A stretch of DNA of 64,000 bases from Clostridia bacterium (GCA_017463245.1 JAFTPN010000017.1:88422-152421); one strand, 5' to 3'. Numbered from the stretch's first letter, positions 1-8,695 are shown. Translations and numbers: made by a program. The notes: a model not told the origin generated them from the sequence alone.

Positions 1-291
1 CAGAGCGAGCTGTTCCCGCTGTTTGACGCGGCCATGCTTTCCTGCGTGGAGGGACTGGCCAAGCCGGACGAGGCCATCTTCCACCGCTGCACGGCGGGGC
101 TAGGCGTTGCGCCCAATGAGTGCCTGTACGCGGGCGACGGCGGCAGCAGGGAGCTGGAAACCGCCCAGGCGCTGGGCATGCAGGCCGCTCAGGCGGTGTG
201 GTATCTGAAGGCCGGAACCAACCAGCCCAAGGGCAGAATGCCGGAATTCACCCAACTGGAAACGCCCATGGATGTGCTGGGACTGCTGTGA
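1..291 (+). CDS. HAD-superfamily hydrolase, C-terminal part (5' end outside window)
   Basis: Frame 1 is open from nt 1 to the TGA at 289-291. The peptide ...GLAKPDEAIF...CLYAGDGGSRELETAQALGM... resembles the HAD motif III (K) and motif IV (GDxxxxE/D) region. Confidence 0.55.
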   Translation, partial: QSELFPLFDAAMLSCVEGLAKPDEAIFHRCTAGLGVAPNECLYAGDGGSRELETAQALGMQAAQAVWYLKAGTNQPKGRMPEFTQLETPMDVLGLL

Positions 292-306
292 AAAGGAGAA
301 GTGAGC

Positions 307-699
307 ATGAGCGAAGATTTTGACATGGACGAGCTGGCTTCCCGCATCGAGGATGCGGTGGAAAGCGCCATGGAGGATCAGGTGATGGACGCCGTGACCT
401 GCGCCCTGCAGGACATTCTTCCGGAGGCGCTGGGGGAGAGCCTTGCCGACTTTGAATTTGCGCTGCCCAATGGGACGGTTGTCAGACCAAGGCAGTACAT
501 GCGGCTGCTCAGCCCGGACAAGACCAAGCTGCTGCTTTGCTATGGCGGGCTGCGGGTGGATGGCCGATCCCTGGTGGTGCAGACGCGGGTCAGCAGCTGG
601 GAGACCATTGCGGTTTACCCGAACCGGGAAGAGGCCACGGAAGCGCTGGTCAGGGTGAAGAACGCTATGGATGCCCATCTGGAAATGCTGGAATTGTGA
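307..699 (+). CDS. hypothetical protein with acidic N-terminus
   Basis: Track ORF 301..699. AAGGAG at 293-298 lies 8 nt before ATG 307, while GTG 301 is too close to it. Codon use is GC3-rich like the neighbours, and a hairpin plus T-run follows at 829-853. No family recognised. Confidence 0.5.
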   Translation: MSEDFDMDELASRIEDAVESAMEDQVMDAVTCALQDILPEALGESLADFEFALPNGTVVRPRQYMRLLSPDKTKLLLCYGGLRVDGRSLVVQTRVSSWETIAVYPNREEATEALVRVKNAMDAHLEMLEL

Positions 700-716
700 G
701 GCCTCCTGGTTGCGAT

Positions 717-805
717 GTAGGGGCGATCTGAGATCGCCCGGAGCAACGCAGAAGGCCAAGCTGCTTAGATACATGGAGCAGCGGGCGAACACAGTTCGCC
801 CCTAC
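717..805. repeat. REP doublet (REPIN-like inverted pair)
   Basis: GTAGGGGCGATCTGAGATCGCCCGG (717-741) and the inverted GCGGGCGAACACAGTTCGCCCCTAC (781-805). Confidence 0.85.
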
Positions 806-828
806 AACCGCATAAGATGGAATATTTG

Positions 829-853
829 GAGTCGCTGCGTAGCGGCTCTTTTT
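829..853 (+). terminator. rho-independent terminator
   Basis: GAGTCGC-TGCGTA-GCGGCTC followed by TTTTT. Confidence 0.6.
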
Positions 854-958
854 CTATCTAAATATTAAATTTGTGTTAAATTGTTGAGGGGGGGGGTAAA
901 AAGTATGGTAAAATTTTTACAACATAGCGGGCTTGCCCCGGAAAAGGAGAAAGTGCAT

Positions 959-1477
959 ATGAAAAAGCTGGTTTCCGTTTTGCTTTGCCTGATGCTGGTG
1001 TTGGGCTGCGTGTCCGTGGCTGGCGCGGAGGCGTTTGACCCCACGGCGAACATCTGGTTCCTGTGGTCGGAAACAGGGATATTATACATAGATGGATTTG
1101 AAGCTGGCTATTATGAGGAATACCGGCAGCAGGCCGATAAATACGTTTATTTCAAACTGAATCCCGATGGCACGGGATCTTGGACATTGATATTTACGCC
1201 CACTAGTCACATAAGCAGCTCTGATCTGACATGGACGCAGCCCACCGAGACATCGCTTCAGCTTGTATCCAACGACACAGCAGGAACGACTTTTCAGTTT
1301 GAGTATCGGGATGGCGAGCTGCATGAAAGTATTCCGGAAGAGAAGATAGAAAGAGTTTACACGGCTGATAGGGGTTTGTTGCTCCGTGCTTCTATGTGGA
1401 CAAACCTTAAGGATGGGAACCTGAGTGACCAACTCAATGAGCTTGGTATTTGGGAAGAGATCATGGGTGCGCCCTAA
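959..1477 (+). CDS. putative lipoprotein, function unknown (low-GC gene)
   Basis: ATG 959 is preceded by GGAAAAGGAGA. The N-terminus MKKLVSVLLCLMLVLGC has a signal peptide plus lipobox (VLGC). Line 1081-1140 has 25/60 G+C, against about 60% in the flanks. Confidence 0.6.
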   Translation: MKKLVSVLLCLMLVLGCVSVAGAEAFDPTANIWFLWSETGILYIDGFEAGYYEEYRQQADKYVYFKLNPDGTGSWTLIFTPTSHISSSDLTWTQPTETSLQLVSNDTAGTTFQFEYRDGELHESIPEEKIERVYTADRGLLLRASMWTNLKDGNLSDQLNELGIWEEIMGAP

Positions 1478-1532
1478 CGGGAGTGATTGAAAAATGTTCC
1501 TATGAAGGAATGGGATAACTGAACAAGGAAAA

Positions 1533-1565
1533 AAGGAACCGCTCGTAGAGCGGTTCCTTTTGTTT
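1533..1565. terminator. bidirectional terminator between the lipoprotein gene and the GH13 gene
   Basis: AAGGAACCGCTC-GTA-GAGCGGTTCCTT (12-bp stem), flanked by an A-run and TTTGTTT. Confidence 0.8.
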
Positions 1566-3321
1566 ACCTGCGAATGGTGAAAACCTCTTTGCCCTGCTTG
1601 TCCACCGCATTGCCAAAGGCATCCGTGCCGTCCAGGGAGCGGGTGATGGTCAGGGTGTCGTTGTCGATCGCGGTGACCTCGCAATGGCCGAACTTCAGCA
1701 CATCGCTCTCTTGGTGGTGGGTCAGCTTGGCGGAAATGAAGTCGCGCAGGGCTTCGTCCTGGCGCGCCCAGGGGAAGGGGCGGCGGCAGAAGGGGTCGGG
1801 GCAGCCGGTGAGGCCAACCTCGTCGCCATAGTAGATGGTGGGGCAGCCGGGCAGCGCGCAGAGGATGTCCACGCAGAGCTTGTAGCGGCGCACGGCCAGC
1901 TCGTATTCGGCGGGGGTCAGGCGCAGCGCCTGCTGCTCGGCCTTGGGCAGCTCCTTGCCTTCCTTGCCGCACAGCACGTTCAGCACGCGGGCGCGGTCGT
2001 GGGAGCCGATGAGGTTCATCAGCGCATAGCGGAACTGGGCGGGGTACACCTCGGCCTGGTGGTTGATGAGCCGCGCCAGGTCGTGGGCGGTGCCTTCGCC
2101 AGTCACAAAGGCCAGAATGGCCTCGCGCAGGGGGTAGTTCATCACGGAGTCCAGGGTGTCGCCGGTGCAGTAGCAGCGCATCTGGCCATAGGCCACCTTG
2201 TTGCTGGCGTCCTCCCACACCTCGCCCAGCACCACGGCCTGGGGATCGGCCTTCTTGGCGGCCACGCGCAGCTTGCGCAGGAAGTCCATGGACAGCTCGT
2301 CCGCCACGTCCAGCCGCCAGCCGGAGGAACCGGCATGGATCCAGCGGGGCACGATGCCCTCCTTGTCCTGGAACATAAAGTGCTGGTAGTCCGGGTTATC
2401 CTTGCGGCACTCCGGCAGGGAGGGAATGCCCCACCAGCAGGCGTATTCGTCCCGGGAACCCTTGAAGGTGTACCAGTCGTAGTAGGGGGATTCAGGCCCC
2501 TGATAAGCGCCGATGGTATCGTAGTGGCCGAAATGGTTGAAGTAGCGGCTGTCCTCGCCGGTGTGGGAGAACACGCCGTCCAGGATCACATCCATGCCCT
2601 GGTCTTTTGCGGCCTGGCACAGGGCGCGGAACTCCGCTTCGTTGCCCAGCAGGGGGTCGATCTGGGTGTAATCGCCGGTATCGTAGCGGTGGTTGGAGCG
2701 GGCGCGGAAAATGGGGTTGAGGTAGATCACGTCAACGCCCAGCTCCTTCAGGTAGGGCAGCTTCTCCTGGATGCCGGTGAGGGTACCCGCGAAGAAGTCC
2801 AGCGCCATGTGGTCGCCGCTGCGGGGATCGCTGTCGGTGAGGAGATCCTCGTCCCAGCTTTCGTGGATGTGGCGGTCGGTGCGATCGTCCACCGAGGCGG
2901 TGGGGGCGCGGTGGAAGCGGTCGGGGAAGATCTGATAGATGGTGGCACCGTGCATGAAGTCCGGCGTGGTGAAGGCGGGATCATACATGGTGATCTGGAA
3001 GGACTCGATGCCCTCGTCCCACAGGCGGCCTTCGCCACCCTGCAGGTCGGACTGGTTGCCATAGCGCAGGATGCGGCCATCCTGGTGATAGATGATAAAA
3101 TCATACCAGAAAAGCCCCGGCTCGCCGGGCAGGGTGATGGACACAGACCAGGTCTCCTTGCCATCGAAGGTCATGGGATAGGCCAGTTCCTTGCCCGTCC
3201 AGGTGCGCAGCACAACGCTGGCAGCCTCGTCGCAGCGGAAGCGGATGGTAACGGTGGAGCCAGCCACGGCAGGGCCGGCGGGCTGGCGGAAGAATGCCTT
3301 GTGGGAGTCGTGGAGCAGCAT
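1564..3321 (-). CDS. GH13 alpha-amylase family enzyme (neopullulanase/cyclomaltodextrinase-like)
   Basis: 585-aa ORF with the GH13 conserved regions DVILDGVFSHTG, GWRLDVADEL, GEVWED and NLIGSHD. AAGGAGAA RBS before ATG 3321. Confidence 0.9.
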   Translation of the reverse strand: MLLHDSHKAFFRQPAGPAVAGSTVTIRFRCDEAASVVLRTWTGKELAYPMTFDGKETWSVSITLPGEPGLFWYDFIIYHQDGRILRYGNQSDLQGGEGRLWDEGIESFQITMYDPAFTTPDFMHGATIYQIFPDRFHRAPTASVDDRTDRHIHESWDEDLLTDSDPRSGDHMALDFFAGTLTGIQEKLPYLKELGVDVIYLNPIFRARSNHRYDTGDYTQIDPLLGNEAEFRALCQAAKDQGMDVILDGVFSHTGEDSRYFNHFGHYDTIGAYQGPESPYYDWYTFKGSRDEYACWWGIPSLPECRKDNPDYQHFMFQDKEGIVPRWIHAGSSGWRLDVADELSMDFLRKLRVAAKKADPQAVVLGEVWEDASNKVAYGQMRCYCTGDTLDSVMNYPLREAILAFVTGEGTAHDLARLINHQAEVYPAQFRYALMNLIGSHDRARVLNVLCGKEGKELPKAEQQALRLTPAEYELAVRRYKLCVDILCALPGCPTIYYGDEVGLTGCPDPFCRRPFPWARQDEALRDFISAKLTHHQESDVLKFGHCEVTAIDNDTLTITRSLDGTDAFGNAVDKQGKEVFTIRR

Positions 3322-3341
3322 GGCAGTTCTCCTTGGAGAAT

Positions 3342-3697
3342 AATTCGGAATTCGGAATGCGGAATGCGGAATTGAGAGTGTGGCACGGCGGGCAGAGCAG
3401 CGCTATGGAGCAAGCGGCAGAACCACTCCCTCAGTCAGCGCAAGCGCTGAAAGCTCCCTTTACACAAGGGAGGCTCAACCCCTCAGTCCCTTCGGGACAG
3501 CTCCCCTACGAAGGGGAGCCTTAGTTACTTCCCCCGCGTCGCGGCGCGCCCATAGCGCGGCGTGACCCCTGCTCGAAGATCGCATAGCAATGCTCTCCCC
3601 GAAAGGGAGTTCAGAGGGTCGAAGACCCTTTGGTAGGGGATTCCCAAGGGGACAACGTCCCCTTGGGCGGGGTCGAGGGGTGGAACCCCTCGCCTCG
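3342..3697 (+). repeat. hairpin-train (F1) mosaic element with 4 heptamers
   Basis: AATTCGG AATTCGG AATGCGG AATGCGG AATTGAG AGTGTGG, then GGCAGAACCACTCC, GTCAGCG-CAAG-CGCTGA, CTCCCTTTACACAAGGGAG, CTCCCCTACGAAGGGGAG, CCGCGTCGCGG, GGGTCGAAGACCC, CCAAGGGGACAACGTCCCCTTGG and CGAGGGGTGGAACCCCTCG. It fills the whole glgP-GH13 spacer. Confidence 0.85.
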
Positions 3698-6151
3698 TTA
3701 CTTATGCATGGGGTCCAGGTGCCAGATGGTGGAGTTGTATTCGCGGATGGTGCGGTCGGAGGAGAAGACGCCGGACATGGCGGTGTTGGTGATGGCCATC
3801 TTGAGCCACTTCTCGCGGTCGGCGTAGTCGGCGTTGAGGCGGCGCTGCGCCATGGAGTAGGAACCGAAGTCCTTCAGGACAAAGTAGGGGTCGGCCATGT
3901 TGCCATAGTCGCCGATGAGCAGGCTGTGGTACAGCTCCTGCAGGACGGTGGCATTGTTGGGGAACAGGGTGCCGTCGATCATCTGGGTCAGAGCCTGGCG
4001 GATCTCCTGGTTGGTCTCGTAGATCTGCATGGGGTTATAGTTACGCTCGCGGTACATATCGCGCACGGTGTCGGAGCGCATACCGAAGATGTAGATATTG
4101 TCCATGCCGACCTGCTGGCTGATCTCCACATTGGCGCCGTCCATGGTGCAGATGGTCACAGCGCCGTACATCATGTACTTCATGTTGCCGGTGCCGCTGG
4201 CCTCCTTGGAGGCGGTGGAGAGCTGCTCGGACACTTCCGCGGCGGGGATGAGGATCTCAGCGGTGGAAACGTCGTAGTTCTCCAGGAAGACCACCTGCAG
4301 GTACTTGCGGGCGCGGGGGTGCTTGGCGATGAGGTTGCTCAGCGCATTGATGAAGCGGATGATCTGCTTGGCGCGGTAGTATCCGGGGGAAGCCTTGGCA
4401 CCAAAGAAGAACACGCGGGGCTCCATGGTGAAGGATTCGTCGGACACGATGCGGTTATACAGCACCAGGATGTGCAGAGCGTTCAGCATCTGACGCTTGT
4501 ACTCATGTAGGCGCTTGGACTGGGCGTCGAACATGAAGGTGGGGTCGACATCGATGCCCTGGCGATCCTTCACCAGCTTGGCCAGGCGCTGCTTGTTGTG
4601 CAGCTTGATCTCGGCAAACTTCTCGCGGAAGGCGGGATCATTGGCAAAGGGCATGAGCTTTTCCAGCTGCTCGGGATCTTTGATCCAGTCGGTGCCGATG
4701 GATTCCTTGATCAGGCTGGTCAGCTCGGGGTTGCAGCTCATCAGCCAGCGGCGATGGGTGATGCCGTTGGTGATGGCGGTGAACTTTTCGGGCATGACCA
4801 GGTTGAAATCGTGGAAGGTCTCGTCCTTGAGGATCTCGCCGTGGAGCATGGACACGCCGTTGACAGAGAAGGACATGGCGATGCACAGGTTGGCGATGTG
4901 GATCTGACCATAGGAGATAACGGCCATCTGGCCAATGCGCTCCCACTGGCCGGGGAACTCGTTCCACAGGCGGGCGCAGAAGCGGCGGTTGATCTCCTCG
5001 ATGATCTGATACAGGCGGGGCAGCAGCTGCTGCATCATGGCCTCAGGCCACTTTTCCAGGGCTTCGGCCATGATGGTGTGGTTGGTGTAGGCAAAGGTCT
5101 TCTGCACGATGGCGGAAGCTTCGTCCCAGCCCAGGCCTTCCTCGTCCATGAGCAGGCGCATCATTTCGGGAATGGCCACGCCGGGGTGGGTATCGTTGAT
5201 GTGGATGCAGACCTTCTCAGGCAGCTTGGAGAAATCGTTGCCGTGCAGCTTCTTGAAATCTTTCAGGATGTACTGCAGGGTGGCGGAGGTGAAGAAATAC
5301 TGCTGCTTGAGGCGGAGCATCTTGCCTTCGTAGTGGTTGTCTTCGGGGTAGAGCACCTTGGAAATGGTCTCGGCCAGCTCGATCTCTTCCACAGCCTGGA
5401 CATACTTGCCCTGGCCGAAGGAGTTCAGGTCGATGCGCTTGGGGCTGCGGGCAGACCACATACGCAGGGTGTTGACGGTGGCGGTGTCGTAGCCGACGAT
5501 GGGCATATCGTAGGGCACGGCCTCCACGGTGTTGTAATCGCGGTGGACGTACTTGGTCACGCCGTCAACTTCCACAGCGTCCACATGACCGTTGAAGTGT
5601 ACCTCGCAGGCGTCCTCCATCACGGCCATTTCCCAGGAGTTGCCGTTGTCCAGCCAGGAGTCGGGCAGCTCCACCTGCTGGCCGTCCACGATCTTCTGGC
5701 GGAAGAGGCCATACTCGTAGCGGATGGTGCAGCCCATGGCGGGCAGGTCCAGGGAGGAGAGGCTGTCCAGGAAGCAGGCAGCCAGACGGCCCAGGCCGCC
5801 GTTGCCCAGGCCGGGTTCGGGCTCTTCCTTCAGGATGGCATCGATGTCGATGCCCAGATCGGCCAGCGCCTCGCGGTAGGCATCGGTGGAGACCAGGTTC
5901 AGCATGTTGCAATACATGCTGCGACCCATAAGGAATTCCACAGAGAGGTAGTACAGGCGCTTGCTCTTGTTGGCCTTGCGCTCCTCGCGGGAGATGAGGT
6001 ACTTCTGCATGATCTGGTCGCGGACGGTGGTGGCCAGCGCCTTGTAGATCTGCTGCTGGGTGGCCTCCTGAATGGTGCGGCCGTTATAACGCTGCAGCTT
6101 GCCAATAATGGAAGCTTTGATGGATTCTTTATCAAATGAAGTCGTAGGCAT
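3698..6151 (-). CDS. glgP: glycogen/maltodextrin phosphorylase
   Basis: The 836-aa track ORF was trimmed to ATG 6151 (MPTTSFDKESIK...), which has a GAGGAGG RBS. The PLP-lysine motif EASGTGNMKYMMYGA is typical of GT35 phosphorylases. Confidence 0.92.
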   Translation of the reverse strand: MPTTSFDKESIKASIIGKLQRYNGRTIQEATQQQIYKALATTVRDQIMQKYLISREERKANKSKRLYYLSVEFLMGRSMYCNMLNLVSTDAYREALADLGIDIDAILKEEPEPGLGNGGLGRLAACFLDSLSSLDLPAMGCTIRYEYGLFRQKIVDGQQVELPDSWLDNGNSWEMAVMEDACEVHFNGHVDAVEVDGVTKYVHRDYNTVEAVPYDMPIVGYDTATVNTLRMWSARSPKRIDLNSFGQGKYVQAVEEIELAETISKVLYPEDNHYEGKMLRLKQQYFFTSATLQYILKDFKKLHGNDFSKLPEKVCIHINDTHPGVAIPEMMRLLMDEEGLGWDEASAIVQKTFAYTNHTIMAEALEKWPEAMMQQLLPRLYQIIEEINRRFCARLWNEFPGQWERIGQMAVISYGQIHIANLCIAMSFSVNGVSMLHGEILKDETFHDFNLVMPEKFTAITNGITHRRWLMSCNPELTSLIKESIGTDWIKDPEQLEKLMPFANDPAFREKFAEIKLHNKQRLAKLVKDRQGIDVDPTFMFDAQSKRLHEYKRQMLNALHILVLYNRIVSDESFTMEPRVFFFGAKASPGYYRAKQIIRFINALSNLIAKHPRARKYLQVVFLENYDVSTAEILIPAAEVSEQLSTASKEASGTGNMKYMMYGAVTICTMDGANVEISQQVGMDNIYIFGMRSDTVRDMYRERNYNPMQIYETNQEIRQALTQMIDGTLFPNNATVLQELYHSLLIGDYGNMADPYFVLKDFGSYSMAQRRLNADYADREKWLKMAITNTAMSGVFSSDRTIREYNSTIWHLDPMHK

Positions 6152-6346
6152 GGATGTCCTCCTCACTCGGATAATCGGTACGCGAAAGACGGGTAGAGAA
6201 CCCGACAATGCAATAGTATACTACAATTTTCGTGAAAAGACAAGGTTTTGCGGGTAATGTAACCAAAGGGGAAGAAGCATGGGGGATATAGGCGAAATGT
6301 GACCAGAAAGGCAAGGATGGAGAAAAAAGTTACATGGGGAAAGCAA

Positions 6347-6682
6347 AATTCGGAATTCGGAATGCGGAATTGAGAGTGTGGGCGGGCGATTAAGTGGCGT
6401 GTTGAGGCAAGCGGCAGAACCACTCCTTCCGTCAGCCGCAAGCGGCTGCCACCTCCCTCGGGGAGGGAGGCTTTTGGGGTGCGTAGCCAAACAGTCCCCG
6501 CGTCGCGGAGCGCCCGTTGCGCTCCGTGACCCCAGCAAAGGAAAAACCCATCTTCCAATACAGAAGATGGGTTTCGAAAGGGTCGAAGACCCTTCGCGGG
6601 AGTGCAGAGGGCAGCGCCCTCTGCCGGTGGAGTCCAGAGGAGGCAGAGCCTCCTCTGGTGGGGTGCAGGGGCAAAGCCCCGC
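6347..6682 (+). repeat. hairpin-train (F1) mosaic element with 3 heptamers and a terminator module
   Basis: AATTCGG AATTCGG AATGCGG AATTGAG AGTGTGG, then GGCAGAACCACTCC, GTCAGCCG-CAAG-CGGCTG, CTCCCTCGGGGAGGGAG, CCGCGTCGCGG, AACCCATCTTC..GAAGATGGGTT, GGGTCGAAGACCC, CAGAGGGCAGCGCCCTCTG, CCAGAGGAGGCAGAGCCTCCTCTGG and GCAGGGGCAAAGCCCCGC. It ends 1 nt before the proS stop codon. Confidence 0.85.
6537..6573 (-). terminator. rho-independent terminator module inside the F1 element (ends proS transcription)
   Basis: The minus strand reads AACCCATCTTC-TGTATTG-GAAGATGGGTT followed by TTTTCCTTTGC. Confidence 0.7.
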
Positions 6683-8410
6683 TTACAGCTTGCAGTTGAG
6701 GGCGGCGAGGTCGGAGACGACGAGGTCGTAGATGAAGTTGACGGCTTCGTTTGCGGGCTTGTTGTCGCGCAGGGACTTGTCGCGCTTGGAGATCTCGATG
6801 GTGCCGTTCTTGAGACCCTTGGGGCTGACGATGACGCGGACGGGCACGCCGAAGAGGTCGGCATCGGCAAACATGACGCCGGCGGAAACGGGGCGATCGT
6901 CCCAGATGACTTCCACGCCCTTGGCGGTCAGCTCGTCGTAGATCTTCTGGGACATGGCGGCGACTTCGGGATCATCGGCGCGCATGGAGCAGAGATGCAC
7001 GTGCCAGGGGGCAATGGAGATGGGCCAGATGGGGCCGTAGTCGTCGCGGTGGGCTTCGCAAACGGAGGCGGCCAGGCGGCCAACGCCGATGCCATAGCAG
7101 CCCATGATGGGATGCTGCAGGGAGCCGTCCTGAGCGACATAGGTCATGTCCATGCTCTCGGTATACTTGGTGCCCAGCTGGAAGATGTTGCCCACCTCAA
7201 TGCCGCGGGAGGTGTAGATGCTGGGCTTGCCGCACACGGGGCAGATGCCGCCGTCGTAGGCCTTGGCCACATCCACATATTCCACTTCGCCAATGTCGCG
7301 GGGGATGTTCAGGCCGGTGTAGTGCATATCGGGCTCGTTGGCGCCGGTCACCAGGGAGCACAGCCCCTTCAGGGAGGCGTCATACACCACGCGCACTTCG
7401 CTGCTGATGCCTACCGGGCCGATGAAGCCAGCGCACAGGGGGCTGTTCTCGGTGAGCTCGGCGGCGTGGATCTCGGCCTTGAGGTAGTTGCGCAGCTTGG
7501 TCTCGTTGATGTCCAGATCGCCGCGGAGGAAGGCCACCACGATCTTGTCGGTGAGGTTCTCCTGGTAGACCACGGCCTTGCAGGTCTGCTGGGCGGGGAT
7601 GTGCAGGAAATCGCACAGAGCCTCGATGGTCTTGGTCCCGGGGGTGGGAACCTTCTGCAGGGGTGCATCCTCGAAGGTCACTTCCGGCACGATGCAGGGC
7701 GCGGCCTCCATGTTGGCGCGGTAATCGCAATCGTGGCAGAGAACGATGGTGTCCTCGCCCACGGGGGTCAGCAGCATGTATTCGTGGGAGACCTTGCCGC
7801 CCATCATGCCGCTGTCGGAGGCCACAGCCACCACTTCGGGCACGCCAGCGCGGGCGAAGATGCGGTTGTAGGCATCGTAGCAGACCTGGTAGTAGCGCTC
7901 CAGATCCTCCTGGGAGGTGTGGAAGGAATAGGCGTCCTTCATGGTGAACTCGCGCACGCGGATCAGGCCGCCGCGGCAGCGGGGCTCATCGCGGAACTTG
8001 GTCTGGATCTGGTAGATCATGAAGGGATACTGGGTGTAGCTGTCGGCAATGTCGCGCACGAAATGCACGGAGGCCTCTTCATGAGTCATGCCCAGCACCA
8101 TGTCCTGCTCGGAGCGATCCTTGAAGCGCAGCAGCTCGGAGCCGATGGCGTCGTAGCGGCCGGACTCGCGCCAGATGGAGGCGGGCATCGCCACGGGGAA
8201 GAGCAGCTCCTGGCCGTCGATGCGGTTCATCTCCTCGCGGATGATCTTCTCGATCTTGGAGGTGATGCGCTTGGTGACGGGGAACAGGGTGAAGATGCCG
8301 TTGCCCACGGGCTTGATGTAGCCGCCGCGCATCATCAGCGCCTGGGAGGCGATCTGGCAATCGGCGGGGGTTTCCTTGTAGCGCTTGGAGACCAGATTCT
8401 TGAGCTTCAT
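6683..8410 (-). CDS. proS: proline--tRNA ligase
   Basis: The track ORF 6683..8776 reads through the leader and repeat, so I trimmed it to ATG 8410 (MKLKNLVSKRYKETPADCQIASQALMMRGGYI...), which has an AAAGGAGAG RBS. Class II ProRS-like sequence throughout, preceded by a T-box leader. Confidence 0.92.
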   Translation of the reverse strand: MKLKNLVSKRYKETPADCQIASQALMMRGGYIKPVGNGIFTLFPVTKRITSKIEKIIREEMNRIDGQELLFPVAMPASIWRESGRYDAIGSELLRFKDRSEQDMVLGMTHEEASVHFVRDIADSYTQYPFMIYQIQTKFRDEPRCRGGLIRVREFTMKDAYSFHTSQEDLERYYQVCYDAYNRIFARAGVPEVVAVASDSGMMGGKVSHEYMLLTPVGEDTIVLCHDCDYRANMEAAPCIVPEVTFEDAPLQKVPTPGTKTIEALCDFLHIPAQQTCKAVVYQENLTDKIVVAFLRGDLDINETKLRNYLKAEIHAAELTENSPLCAGFIGPVGISSEVRVVYDASLKGLCSLVTGANEPDMHYTGLNIPRDIGEVEYVDVAKAYDGGICPVCGKPSIYTSRGIEVGNIFQLGTKYTESMDMTYVAQDGSLQHPIMGCYGIGVGRLAASVCEAHRDDYGPIWPISIAPWHVHLCSMRADDPEVAAMSQKIYDELTAKGVEVIWDDRPVSAGVMFADADLFGVPVRVIVSPKGLKNGTIEISKRDKSLRDNKPANEAVNFIYDLVVSDLAALNCKL

Positions 8411-8660
8411 GGAAAAACTCTCCTTTTCTGTATTGGGACGAAAAAAGCTTCGCCCCCTATGTGCAGGGGCGAAGCTGAACTTCGCGGTACCACCTTGCTT
8501 CGGCGCAAGAAGCGCCCTCGTATGCCCTGTATCGGGAGCAGCCCGGCGGATCTCTCCGCGTACTCGGGAGATGGGGAGCATCCTTTGCTGGCCGTATGCC
8601 TTGCAGCCGTGGGCATACTCTCTTGGGACGCAGCGGGGGAAGCGGTCTCCGTCAATGTAC
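8411..8660 (-). promoter_or_regulatory. T-box riboswitch leader of proS
   Basis: On the minus strand there is an AGAGAG box in stem I, the canonical T-box sequence GGTGGTACCGCG (plus-strand CGCGGTACCACC at 8483-8494), and a terminator AGCTTCGCCCCTGCACATAGGGGGCGAAGCT followed by TTTTTT (8441-8476). The 5' arm of the terminator can alternatively pair with the T-box. Confidence 0.85.
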
Positions 8661-8666
8661 CGTTCT

Positions 8667-8695
8667 ATTATAATAGGTGGAACGGGAAAGTGCAA
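8667..8695 (-). promoter_or_regulatory. sigma-A type promoter for the proS leader
   Basis: Minus strand: TTGCAC (8695-8690), 17-nt spacer, TATAAT (8672-8667). Confidence 0.6.

Noticed and set aside
1684-3375. Long plus-strand ORF (563 aa) and similar long ORFs lying antisense to recognised genes: 4598..6139, 6602..8920, 9079..10818, 15472..17616, 19006..20985, 21045..22772, 23970..25571, 25297..26475, 27058..28938, 29147..30961, 32186..33799, 34128..35585, 36995..37987, 39714..40850, 40817..43684, 43395..44510, 45681..48446, 52526..54958, 55427..56788, 57307..58794.
   Set aside because: Each lies opposite a gene with clear family motifs. Their translations are G/A/V/H/L/Q-rich low-complexity strings, typical of stop-poor antisense frames in high-GC DNA. 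None has a convincing SD plus start context.
3342-3383. The heptamer arrays and clustered hairpins considered as a CRISPR array.
   Set aside because: The units are 7 nt with no spacers. The longer hairpins are not regularly spaced direct repeats of 24-40 nt. No cas genes are present.
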